From the NCBI GenBank assembly GCA_016871995.1, contig VHBL01000007.1, forward strand, positions 695-32,694: 32,000 nucleotides of DNA. The letters run 5' to 3'. Shown here one piece after another: positions 24,291-32,000 of this stretch. The DNA comes from Nitrososphaerota archaeon. GTDB taxonomy: Archaea; Thermoproteota; Nitrososphaeria; Nitrososphaerales; UBA57. A model generated the notes under the pieces. The model did no database searches, was not told the DNA's origin, and was given only the letters and a program-made list of their open reading frames with translations. How positions within the stretch are numbered: the first letter of the stretch is position 1; every line of letters begins with the position of its first letter. Made by a program: the position numbers and the translations under genes.

Positions 24291-24331
24291 AATTTAAAGG
24301 CTAATTAATTGCGCCATCAGCTCCAAGGCGA

Positions 24332-25153
24332 ATGAGCGCCGAAGCAGCACAGCAGGAAATTCCCGAAGAAGGAGAAGTGGTAATCGCGTCTGTAAGGGAG
24401 ATTACCGATCATGGCGCTTATGTTACTCTAGATGAATACGGAAATCTTCCCGCATTCTTGCACAAGTCTGAAATTACTACTGGCTGGGTAAAGCATATAG
24501 AACGTTATGTGAAGGTAGGCCAGAAGGCAGTTCTCAAGGTCGTAAGAATAAACAAGATAAGAAGACAGGTAGATCTCTCGCTCAGGCAGGTCTCTGGCGA
24601 GGAGAGAAAGGAGAAACTTATCCAAGTTAAGAAGCATGAAAAAGCTAGAGGCATTCTCGAGATAGTCAAGCACAAGGCACAACTTAACGATGCTGAGAGT
24701 GCGAAATATGTGGAGATGCTCGAGGAAGGGTTCGATTCTACCTACGATGCCCTTGAGCAGGCTGCAAGGACAGGCGCTGATGTTCTTAAGAAGATCGACT
24801 TGCCAGCAAAATATGTTGAAATCTTAGCAGATGTTGCAAAGGAAAAGATAGTCTTCCCAACTGTCGAGGTGAAAGGAGTCATCGAAATCAGGATTGATCA
24901 GCCTGCAGGAATTAACATAATAAAAGAGGCTCTTACGAATGCACGGTCAGTCAAGACTGGAGGCTCGAAGGTTATTGTGACGTATATGGGAGCACCAAAG
25001 TACAGAATTGTTGTTGAAGCTGAAAACTACAAGATTGCCGAGAAGGCCCTTGAGCAGGCTGTAGAGAAGGCTAGAGACATTATACAGAAGAAGAAAGGTC
25101 AGTTTGGCTTTGGCAGAATAGACAGGAAGAAGGGCATTGAGCAGGCTTCTTAG
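24332..25153 (+). CDS. eif2a: Translation initiation factor aIF2 alpha subunit
   Basis: N-terminal S1 domain PEEGEVVIASVREITDHGAYVTLDEYGNLPAFLHKSE, then a helical and an alpha-beta domain. The downstream nop10 gives the conserved archaeal gene pair. Confidence 0.9.
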   Translation: MSAEAAQQEIPEEGEVVIASVREITDHGAYVTLDEYGNLPAFLHKSEITTGWVKHIERYVKVGQKAVLKVVRINKIRRQVDLSLRQVSGEERKEKLIQVKKHEKARGILEIVKHKAQLNDAESAKYVEMLEEGFDSTYDALEQAARTGADVLKKIDLPAKYVEILADVAKEKIVFPTVEVKGVIEIRIDQPAGINIIKEALTNARSVKTGGSKVIVTYMGAPKYRIVVEAENYKIAEKALEQAVEKARDIIQKKKGQFGFGRIDRKKGIEQAS

Positions 25154-25316
25154 GAAATGCTCCAGCTGCAGCACTTACACGTTTCAAGATATATGTCCTA
25201 AATGTAGCACCAGGACAGTGTCTCCTCATCCTCCAAAGTTCTCTCCAGATGATAAGTATGCGCGAATGAGGATAGCAGAACGCTACTCGGAGACAAAAAC
25301 AGAAAACAACATATAG
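25137..25316 (+). CDS. nop10: H/ACA RNP protein Nop10 (59 aa; absent from the ORF track)
   Basis: Hand translation gives (M)SRLLRKCSSCSTYTFQDICPKCSTRTVSPHPPKFSPDDKYARMRIAERY, with the Nop10 Zn ribbon and the PxxFSPxDKY motif. An in-frame stop at 25119 and no ATG leave the TTG at 25137 as the likely start, overlapping aIF2-alpha by 17 nt. Confidence 0.85.
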   Translation: MSRLLRKCSSCSTYTFQDICPKCSTRTVSPHPPKFSPDDKYARMRIAERYSETKTENNI

Positions 25317-25354
25317 CCCATCTATTAGAATCATTCTAACACTGTAGAGCAATT

Positions 25355-26152
25355 TTGACACAGAACCCGCGTTCGATATACGATGAGCCCCCAAGACGGC
25401 ACAGTACGAAGAAAGGGCAGGTCAGAGAGGCTATAATCAAAGCCCTGTCGCAGGAACCACATACGGTAAGCGAGCTTTCACGAATCCTCAGAGTTTCTAA
25501 ACCAACGATAAACTACCACATAAACGAACTTACTAGAAGGGGGTCGATTAGAGTTGCGCAAGTGCAAGTCGGCAAGACGGGAGTATTAAGCAAATTTTAT
25601 GCCCTGAAGCCCGGGACACTTTTCATCTCATCAAATCCCGAAACTGACGAGCAGTACCTCCAGACCCTTACTTATTTGTTTGAAAGAAAAAAACTCCAGC
25701 TGACACTTGCAGAGGATGAACCTTTAGGTCCTCAACTCAAGGAAATTCTTTACCACGCCTTCAAGTTGCTGGCAAAGGTTTCTTTTAACAGGCACAGTGA
25801 CATTTTGTACAAGCACGGCTTCTCCATAGGGCTCGATGTAGTAAGTAAGAAAATCGAAGGCGGCTCGGTTAAGGAAACTCTTGGGAACCTGAAAAAATTT
25901 TGGATTGACAATCAGATGGGAGATCTGCAAGTCTCTGCTGAGAGGGGTTACAGACCTGCAGTGTATCTGCATAACTGCATGGATTCGTACGAAACCAGAG
26001 ATATAGGAGGACCCCTGTGCTTCTTGATCAAAGGCATCATAGATGGCGCTCTGGCAGGAAAGTTCGGCAGCAGATACGAAACTGGCAAATACGAATTTAA
26101 TGAAGCTGACTTGCTTCCTTGCAGGTTTCAGATTTTGAAAAAGAAACACTAG
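25355..26152 (+). CDS. ArsR-type winged-HTH regulator with C-terminal V4R-like domain
   Basis: HTVSELSRILRVSKPTINYHINELTRRGSI (HTH). The C-terminus CFLIKGIIDGALAGKFG resembles the V4R small-molecule-binding domain. Confidence 0.55.
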   Translation: MTQNPRSIYDEPPRRHSTKKGQVREAIIKALSQEPHTVSELSRILRVSKPTINYHINELTRRGSIRVAQVQVGKTGVLSKFYALKPGTLFISSNPETDEQYLQTLTYLFERKKLQLTLAEDEPLGPQLKEILYHAFKLLAKVSFNRHSDILYKHGFSIGLDVVSKKIEGGSVKETLGNLKKFWIDNQMGDLQVSAERGYRPAVYLHNCMDSYETRDIGGPLCFLIKGIIDGALAGKFGSRYETGKYEFNEADLLPCRFQILKKKH

Positions 26153-26355
26153 AAAAATATATCGAGGGCCTGTCGCAACCGCTCATCCGTAGTTATAAGA
26201 AATTGTTAAGAATGACACCGAGGGCCTCCCCAAGCCCCCGGTGACCCTCACTCGACTATAGCACGGCAATCGTCCTACGTCAGTATAACTTCGTAGATAT
26301 AGATGCAATATAAACCCCAGAGACAGTTTTCAGAGGTGATTATCAAAGTTGATAG

Positions 26356-26480
26356 TGCCGGGGGTGGGTATTTCGTCTTCAGATTTCGAACCCACGACCT
26401 CCAGATTATGAGTTACGCCCAATTTTTGTGGAGGCTGGCGCTCTAACCAGGCTGAGCTCTCGAGCAGTTAGAACCCCGGC
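26356..26480 (-). tRNA. tRNA with CAU anticodon (elongator Met or Ile2) interrupted by three short introns
   Basis: Exons assemble to GCCGGGGTAGCTCAGCCTGGTTAGAGCGCCAGACTCATAATCTGGAGGTCGTGGGTTCGAAACCCACCCCCGGCA (75 nt, perfect cloverleaf). Inferred introns lie at about 26459-26472 (14 nt, after position 8), 26414-26434 (21 nt, in the anticodon stem 30/31) and 26369-26383 (15 nt, in the T loop). Confidence 0.75.
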
Positions 26481-26529
26481 TGCGCCCCGGCATAGGCAAC
26501 TCAAAGCAAGTCGGTTTAAAATCATTCCC

Positions 26530-28350
26530 TTACAATATAGTTGCTAGCAGGAACATTAGAACGGCTATTGATGCAAGAGCTATCCCACCCTTTCTTGCTA
26601 TTCTAGTCACGTTGTCTAGCGCTACCGAAAAATCTGACAGCAATTTACCTCCGACAACCTTAACATCTGTTTCCATGCCACTTATCCTAAAGTCGCTTTC
26701 AACCATCTTTGAGGAAGCAATTTTGATCAATTTGTTCAATGTCGAAGATATGTCATTAATTTTTGTTAGTCCGCCTAGCGCATCATATCCATTTTCATTC
26801 ATGACCTTCGCTGCATTGAAATGGGTGTCGGTAGTGCATATCTCTATTACGTTGACATCCTTAATCTGCTCCAGCAGTTTCTCCCTGAAACCTATCGATG
26901 CATTGTTCGAGTCAAAACTTATCAACGAATGCAGAATACCATCAATTTCAAAGACAATAAGGCAAATCCCAGCAGGCCCGATGTCTGCTTTCAATCCGAT
27001 ATGCAGTTCGGAAGAGTGCGCGTAGCCTATCTTGAACGGTTTCTGCTTTGCAGGCCTTAATTTTTGGAGCACAGCGCTTGCAGCCTCTATTGTTGAGTTG
27101 CACTCGTCTTCGGTGGGAGGCTTGCCCAGAGAGTTGTGGGCATCCACAACAAAAGCTCCTCTGTATCCTAACTCAAGAGCCTTCCTCTCCACAGTTTCCT
27201 TAACTGACTGCGGAAAGTCTTCCATGCCGTGTGGTGCGAGAGTGATTATGACGAAGGCAAAATCGCCAAATGCCATTCCTGTTACAGTAGCCTTACCTAC
27301 TGTATTTTTCAGGGGGAGGGTGCAAGTATTACCAATTCCAAGAGTCCTCAGATCTTGGAGTGATGAAATGAATTTCTCAACGGCACTCCTTGACGGAAGG
27401 TTTAGGTCGTGTCCCGAAACTCCATGCAGAACCAGAGAAGAATAGCCGTTACTCGTGAACCATTCCTGCAATTCGTATGGAAGATTACTACTACCTATCG
27501 GATAAAAAGGTCCGGGATGTATTTCGGGAACTACTACTGTGGGTTTCTTGCTCCCTTGCAGGAACGTAATGATCTTTGTCTTTACTTTTGCTGTGGTTGA
27601 CGCTTCTTCAAAAATTTCTTCGAAAAGTTTTGCCTTGTTTTCAGTCCACGCCTGCAGGAATGCCCGTAGGAGTTTTAGAGGGGATTCTCTTAGAAATCCT
27701 CTCCCTGTCCTGTTAACTTGAATCAAATATGCAACTGCGGACACTGCAAGAATCGATCCGAGGATAAAAGCCTGGGCAGAAATAAGTAATGTGTAATTGT
27801 CAACGAATACAGCAAGCATCTGAACAACGGGTTGTATAAAGGCAACAGCAAAACCATGCGCAATCTTTTCAAAGAAGACCGATGCAAGAACTACTATCCT
27901 CAAGGCTATTGCGACGAACATCCCGTACAAAGTCATGGAGTAAAACTTCTGAGGAGCAGAAGTTGCGAAAGAGGTCAGCATGCCTACAAGCACAGGTACT
28001 ATCCATAGCACGTTTGAGATTGCCGTTATCATTATCAAACGCCTGAAAGTTGCGACTGGATTATTTCTAAGCAGCAGCATTTCAAGACCTACGGAGAAGA
28101 ACATCGCAGCGACCATTGTTACAAATGTTATGACATCGGAGAGAGCAAAACCTGCCATGCTCCTGATCAGGACGAAGATCGCTAATGCAGAGGCTATGGC
28201 TGCAGATGTAGCAACTTTAGTCGAAGGGAGAGTGAACAGGAGATTATACCGTCTACGAATGTTGGTTGTAGAGTCCAACGGAATTCCTTGCGCTACTAGA
28301 TTCTTAAGAAGACTCGCATGAGTATTGAGACTACAATAAGCGATAAGCAC
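26530..28350 (-). CDS. Archaeal polytopic membrane protein, DUF2070-like
   Basis: An N-terminal half with ~7 TM helices, a soluble C-terminal half and a final TM. Size and architecture match DUF2070 as I recall it. The track start at 28350 overlaps secG, so the true start is probably downstream (for example the TTG at 28278). Confidence 0.55.
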   Translation of the reverse strand: MLIAYCSLNTHASLLKNLVAQGIPLDSTTNIRRRYNLLFTLPSTKVATSAAIASALAIFVLIRSMAGFALSDVITFVTMVAAMFFSVGLEMLLLRNNPVATFRRLIMITAISNVLWIVPVLVGMLTSFATSAPQKFYSMTLYGMFVAIALRIVVLASVFFEKIAHGFAVAFIQPVVQMLAVFVDNYTLLISAQAFILGSILAVSAVAYLIQVNRTGRGFLRESPLKLLRAFLQAWTENKAKLFEEIFEEASTTAKVKTKIITFLQGSKKPTVVVPEIHPGPFYPIGSSNLPYELQEWFTSNGYSSLVLHGVSGHDLNLPSRSAVEKFISSLQDLRTLGIGNTCTLPLKNTVGKATVTGMAFGDFAFVIITLAPHGMEDFPQSVKETVERKALELGYRGAFVVDAHNSLGKPPTEDECNSTIEAASAVLQKLRPAKQKPFKIGYAHSSELHIGLKADIGPAGICLIVFEIDGILHSLISFDSNNASIGFREKLLEQIKDVNVIEICTTDTHFNAAKVMNENGYDALGGLTKINDISSTLNKLIKIASSKMVESDFRISGMETDVKVVGGKLLSDFSVALDNVTRIARKGGIALASIAVLMFLLATIL

Positions 28351-28469
28351 AGGGCGATCACAATTTCAGGCCTTACCCTGACGCCTGTCTGGGTTTCGTC
28401 TTCAAAGAACCTCATGAGCCCTGCGCTGGATGCAGGTAGAGGAGTTTCCTTCTTCTTTTTGCTGCTCAT
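28296..28469 (-). CDS. secG: Preprotein translocase subunit Sec61-beta/SecG (57 aa; absent from the ORF track)
   Basis: Hand translation gives MSSKKKKETPLPASSAGLMRFFEDETQTGVRVRPEIVIALCLSLIVVSILMRVFLRI. It has a basic N-terminus, the AGLxRFFE motif and a single C-terminal TM. Confidence 0.8.
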   Translation of the reverse strand: MSSKKKKETPLPASSAGLMRFFEDETQTGVRVRPEIVIALCLSLIVVSILMRVFLRI

Positions 28470-28557
28470 TACCGAGCACCATAAACAGGTCTTTTCTTAA
28501 ATATGTTTGCTTAGGCGGAAGAAAAACCGAGGTAGTAGGGTGCTCCTACCACCATTT

Positions 28558-29196
28558 CTACTGAGGGAAGTTCAGCTCACCTACGCTCTGTGTAGGCAGG
28601 TCTGGGAGCTTCGAAGCCATCTTCTGCTCTGCTAACACTGCCGCTTCCGATAGTATCTTTTCTGCTTCCTCGTTGCTGGGCTCTATGTTGGCAAAGAATC
28701 CTCCTAGCTGTCCTGCATCCGTCACTATTCCGTTCAACATGCTACCTATCTCCGAAATCTCTGATCCTGCTTCTGGCATTATGCCTTCAATGTTCTTTCT
28801 TATGCTCTTGATCACTCCTACTGTAGGCGATAGAGTTGAGACTACGTCGCCGAACTCCTGCACCGTCCCGAGCCTGAGGTTGATCTGCTCCATGACGAGC
28901 TTTACCTGGGTTATGTTGTTGGACATCTTTCTGACTTCTGCTAGTTCGTTAGAGTATGCCGAGGCTCTCTCTTGATCGTGCTTCTGCAATGATACGACTA
29001 CTTGCTTGAATAGGTTAGAGTCCTTCTCCTTGAGCTGTTTCGTCTTCGAGTCAAGTCTGTTCAGTAAGCCGTTTATCGACTGCTGTGTCGTGCCTAGCTT
29101 GTCCCGCAAAGGCTGCTGGGGTGTTAGCGAACTCCGCAATCTGCTAGCTATAGGCTCCTTGTCGCTCTTGGCCCATTTGTTGTTAAAGGCTGGCAT
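28558..29196 (-). CDS. cdvB: ESCRT-III/Snf7-family protein (CdvB paralog)
   Basis: Coiled-coil Snf7 pattern: KDSNLFKQVVVSLQKHDQERASAYSNELAEVRKM...LRLGTVQEFGDVVSTLSPTVGVIKSIRKNIEGIMPEAGSEISEI. Confidence 0.75.
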   Translation of the reverse strand: MPAFNNKWAKSDKEPIASRLRSSLTPQQPLRDKLGTTQQSINGLLNRLDSKTKQLKEKDSNLFKQVVVSLQKHDQERASAYSNELAEVRKMSNNITQVKLVMEQINLRLGTVQEFGDVVSTLSPTVGVIKSIRKNIEGIMPEAGSEISEIGSMLNGIVTDAGQLGGFFANIEPSNEEAEKILSEAAVLAEQKMASKLPDLPTQSVGELNFPQ

Positions 29197-29278
29197 TTAC
29201 GCTCACCTATGTGGAAATGTAAATCGGATAAACACCGCAAAATTAACTTCGTTAAACCAAAAGGTCAACTTTGTTCTG

Positions 29279-29815
29279 TTATGCTAGGGCCTTTCTCGCC
29301 TTGCTGATGCAGCCAACCTTGGGGCTGAACCATAGAGTAAAGCCCAAGTTTGCAACTGAAATCAAAAGCAGAAGCAGGCCTGCAACATTTGTGGTGTCTT
29401 TGAGAAGTATTATTATTGGAACTGCAAAGGGCGTCACCATGGAGGCGAGCGGGCCTGCAAGGTACATTGCTGCAAAACCTGTCTTACCTGTTCTGCTTCT
29501 TTTTCTATCAATTTTCAGTCCTAGCACAAACAGCATCTTCTTGAACGGATCTGGTATTGCTTCGAGCTTGATTATGTCTGATCTCCCAAGATAGTAGTGG
29601 CTGAACCTTACTCCTGCAACCATTCCCACCAAGAAATGAGCTAAGTCATGAGTGAAGAACCAGAATAAAAACCAGCACAGCAGGCCTAAAACGACAAGAT
29701 AATTTCCAAAAGGCAGGCTTGCCAAGAGAATGATGCTGAATAATGTGGTTATAATGCAGAAAAATGTTCCTAGAAGGACATTTAACTGGAATCTTGCCTT
29801 CTGCACCTTCTCCAT
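29279..29815 (-). CDS. Integral membrane protein with an HxxxH motif (function unknown)
   Basis: About 5 TM helices. THDLAHFLVG sits at a TM boundary and is weakly reminiscent of intramembrane metalloprotease HExxH motifs, but has D in place of E. Confidence 0.4.
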   Translation of the reverse strand: MEKVQKARFQLNVLLGTFFCIITTLFSIILLASLPFGNYLVVLGLLCWFLFWFFTHDLAHFLVGMVAGVRFSHYYLGRSDIIKLEAIPDPFKKMLFVLGLKIDRKRSRTGKTGFAAMYLAGPLASMVTPFAVPIIILLKDTTNVAGLLLLLISVANLGFTLWFSPKVGCISKARKALA

Positions 29816-29837
29816 TAATAAAATGGAGAATAAGAAA

Positions 29838-30440
29838 TTATTGTGCTGTTGGAGCTGCCTGTGGAGGATTTTCTGGAATAGAGAAGAAGGCTACAACCTG
29901 CAGTATGGCAGCAACGAAGATCACCAAAAAGCCGACCAAGACGATTGTTAGAACTGCTCCGATAAGATAAAGCAGCGCTGCTGTGCCGAACATCTTTACG
30001 TTAAGGCCCGAAGCGATTGAATCGAAGCTTTTCTTCAGAAAGACGCCTGATACTATGAATGCTATCCAGATTATCACTAGGCCTGCTATAATCGGCCCGA
30101 GAAAGTTCATGCTCATGAAATCACTAGGTTGGAACCGCCCCGGCATCATGTTTCCCTGAAACATCCCTGGCCCGAAGAAGGAAAGCATCCCTACAACCCC
30201 TACAACTATGCCTGCTACAATACCTGCAATGGCCGCTACAACGGAGATTATCGCGTTGTTAAAGACAGACTTGTTGTTCAAAGCGTCAGAAATGGATTTG
30301 ATTGCTACCAGCATCAGAACGAAGCCAAATATTTCAAGAGCAGGGCCAGCAAGAGGAACTATCCCCAAAAGAACCAGAATAGAACCTATACCGCCCATAG
30401 TTTTGGCTTGTGATAAAGAGCCCATACTATACCCCTGCAC
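29838..30440 (-). CDS. Integral membrane protein, DUF996-like
   Basis: MGGIGSILVLLGIVPLAGPALEIFGFVLMLVAIKSISDAL resembles the archaeal DUF996 N-terminus. The C-terminal tail is P/A-rich. Confidence 0.45.
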   Translation of the reverse strand: MQGYSMGSLSQAKTMGGIGSILVLLGIVPLAGPALEIFGFVLMLVAIKSISDALNNKSVFNNAIISVVAAIAGIVAGIVVGVVGMLSFFGPGMFQGNMMPGRFQPSDFMSMNFLGPIIAGLVIIWIAFIVSGVFLKKSFDSIASGLNVKMFGTAALLYLIGAVLTIVLVGFLVIFVAAILQVVAFFSIPENPPQAAPTAQ

Positions 30441-30469
30441 AACGTTAGTTGAAAAACCTTGTATTTTAT

Positions 30470-31483
30470 TTATGGCAAGAACTTGGGATCAATAGTGTCC
30501 TCAGCTTTAACCGGGATCAAGTTCGAAGGTATAGCACCATAATCAATAGCATACTGCCAACTGTTCCTTATCGCTGTAGATAGTTCCGCTCCGCTCATCC
30601 TTGGCGTCCAGTCTAACTGGCTTAGAGCTTTTTCTGCCAGATCCCTAGTGGTGTTTGTTCTTTTGATGTACAGATCAGCAGCATAGCTCGGGTTCTCCTG
30701 CAAGTGCTTGACAGTTTCCAGCGTAGCCTTGACGAACCTCTTGACGAGATCAGGGTTCTTCTGGATCATATCATCTGTAGCCCATATGACAAAGGAGGAG
30801 TGGGGTCTGGGCACAACATCAGAAACGAATACGAGTATTCGTAATTCTCCTGAATCGACCAGCCTTAGAACTGCGGGGTCAGAGCTTGTGAATGCGTCAA
30901 CTCTTCCATCGCGTAATGCAGTTACCAGATTGGCTGTATTCCCAAGCGAAACAAGTTGAGGCTTTATACCGAACCTGCTTGTCACATAGGAAGTTATCCT
31001 TGCTGTAGCGGAATTGTTGGAGGAGACTCCAACGTTCTTGCCATTCAGATCTTCTATGACTTTTATCGGCCCCTCTGCTTTGACGAAAATCTTCTGAGGA
31101 ACATTGCCGACATAGCTCGCAACTATCTTTACTGGTACGCCTGCTGACATCGCTGAAAGTGGCTCGTTTGTAGATGAGAGGCCCATCTTGATGCCCGAAG
31201 CTAACTGACGTTCTATTTCAGCGGCAGTGAATCCGCGTCGAGTTATAACGAATTGTGGGTCTAGCCCATTGCTCGCCCAGATGCCTTTCTCCTTCCCAGC
31301 ATCGATTACAAGAAATGCGGATGGAGTCCTCTCAAAAGCTCCCGAAACATTGAACCTTGCCACTGCAGACGTTTGGACTTGTCTTGGCACTACGGATGGT
31401 TGTTGGGTAGAATCTCTTGGCAAGAATAGTTCAGGATAAAGTACGATTGTTGCCATAGCTATAATCGCTAGGACGATCAACAC
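30470..31483 (-). CDS. ABC-transporter substrate-binding protein, NMT1/THI5 (nitrate/sulfonate/bicarbonate) family
   Basis: N-terminal signal-anchor, then a periplasmic-binding-protein pattern (KIVASYVGNVPQKIFVKAEGPIK...GKNVGVSS...DGRVDAFTSSDP). Confidence 0.7.
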   Translation of the reverse strand: MLIVLAIIAMATIVLYPELFLPRDSTQQPSVVPRQVQTSAVARFNVSGAFERTPSAFLVIDAGKEKGIWASNGLDPQFVITRRGFTAAEIERQLASGIKMGLSSTNEPLSAMSAGVPVKIVASYVGNVPQKIFVKAEGPIKVIEDLNGKNVGVSSNNSATARITSYVTSRFGIKPQLVSLGNTANLVTALRDGRVDAFTSSDPAVLRLVDSGELRILVFVSDVVPRPHSSFVIWATDDMIQKNPDLVKRFVKATLETVKHLQENPSYAADLYIKRTNTTRDLAEKALSQLDWTPRMSGAELSTAIRNSWQYAIDYGAIPSNLIPVKAEDTIDPKFLP

Positions 31484-31840
31484 ACGGGAGATTAATTTTG
31501 ACGTATGCTATCTCCGACTTTATCGTGGAAATTATCCTATTTAATACCATAGATCGGGAGCTTTTTGTTAGCCGAATGTCGAAGTGGTGTGGACGGTGGC
31601 TCTCCCACCAATTTCAGTTCCTAGATCTTGAATACCATTACTGTTCGTCGTTTGTCGAAGACTAATATCCTTGAGCTTTAATTAACCTTCAATTTAGTGT
31701 AGGTTAAGCTGAAAATGCGGACAGGATAGGCGTGTTTCATGACTCCGTCCGTGGCTTTCCCCCGGCACCATACCCCTATCCTATCCGACACTAATAATGC
31801 AAAATTTCCTAATAAATGAGATGGATAATTTATCCAGTAC

Positions 31841-31864
31841 AAAAAATAATGGAGGGTGCCCTCC
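31841..31864 (-). terminator. Hairpin (ggagg-gtgc-cctcc) followed on the minus strand by ATTATTTTTT
   Basis: It lies immediately downstream of the minus-strand stop at 31875-31877, with the same layout as 1485-1512. Confidence 0.35.
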
Positions 31865-31874
31865 CTTGAGGGCT

Positions 31875-32000
31875 TTATGCCTTCTTCTTTCTGCTGAACA
31901 GTACTCCTGATATTACTACCAGAACTACTCCTATACCAATTGCGGCATATGAGATAGGGCTGATAGTTTCTACAGTTACTTCCTTTGGTACTTCCTTGAT
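31875..32000 (-). CDS. C-terminal end of a second PQQ-propeller paralog (only 41 codons in window)
   Basis: Hand translation gives IKEVPKEVTVETISPISYAAIGIGVVLVVISGVLFSRKKKA-stop, nearly identical in layout to the C-terminus of the 1-1477 protein. Confidence 0.8.
   Translation of the reverse strand: MKEVPKEVTVETISPISYAAIGIGVVLVVISGVLFSRKKKA

Noticed and set aside
26153-26355. 200-bp spacer between the HTH-V4R gene and the intron-containing tRNA, with cgagggcct repeated at ~26163 and ~26219, considered as an ncRNA
   Set aside because: I could recognise no C/D or H/ACA boxes and no convincing extended helix. It may just be tRNA trailer or terminator sequence, and I cannot support a call.
31560-31800. 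TPP riboswitch or SRP RNA in the spacer upstream of the THI5-like binding protein
   Set aside because: The conserved TPP-riboswitch core and the SRP helix-8 motifs were not found on either strand. It is retained only as a low-interest unexplained structured region.

Overview
The window looks archaeal. aIF2-alpha/Nop10, proteasome alpha, Sec61-beta, an ESCRT-III/CdvB paralog, a three-intron tRNA and PQQ-propeller proteins plus pqqC together suggest a thaumarchaeon (Nitrososphaeria-like); that assignment is inference. Three parts stand out. (1) Positions ~1564-10644 hold a ~9.1-kb integrated element at the 3' end of tRNA-Ala(GGC). It is bounded by a 12-bp direct repeat and carries an intact tyrosine integrase, a divergent wHTH/RHH switch region, a prim-pol plus SF3-helicase replication module with an adjacent inverted iteron array, a Zn-finger/HerA-like mini-ATPase/membrane operon, and cargo: a SAM methyltransferase bracketed by a duplicated ~150-bp module with two conserved micro-ORFs, and a triple-CCHC zinc-finger protein. 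(2) Positions 10.8-19.8 kb mix housekeeping genes with defence- or repair-like genes: a translationally coupled DUF3467-like gene and a COG1205 DEAH helicase with a C-terminal DUF1998 Zn cluster, and a beta-class DNA methyltransferase converging on a protease-less BrxL-like ATPase across tRNA-Val(UAC). (3) Positions 19.8-32 kb are core genes. Two small genes absent from the ORF track were found there by hand translation: Nop10 with a TTG start and Sec61-beta. All calls rest on motif reading of the translations and manual repeat and tRNA folding; no database search was possible.
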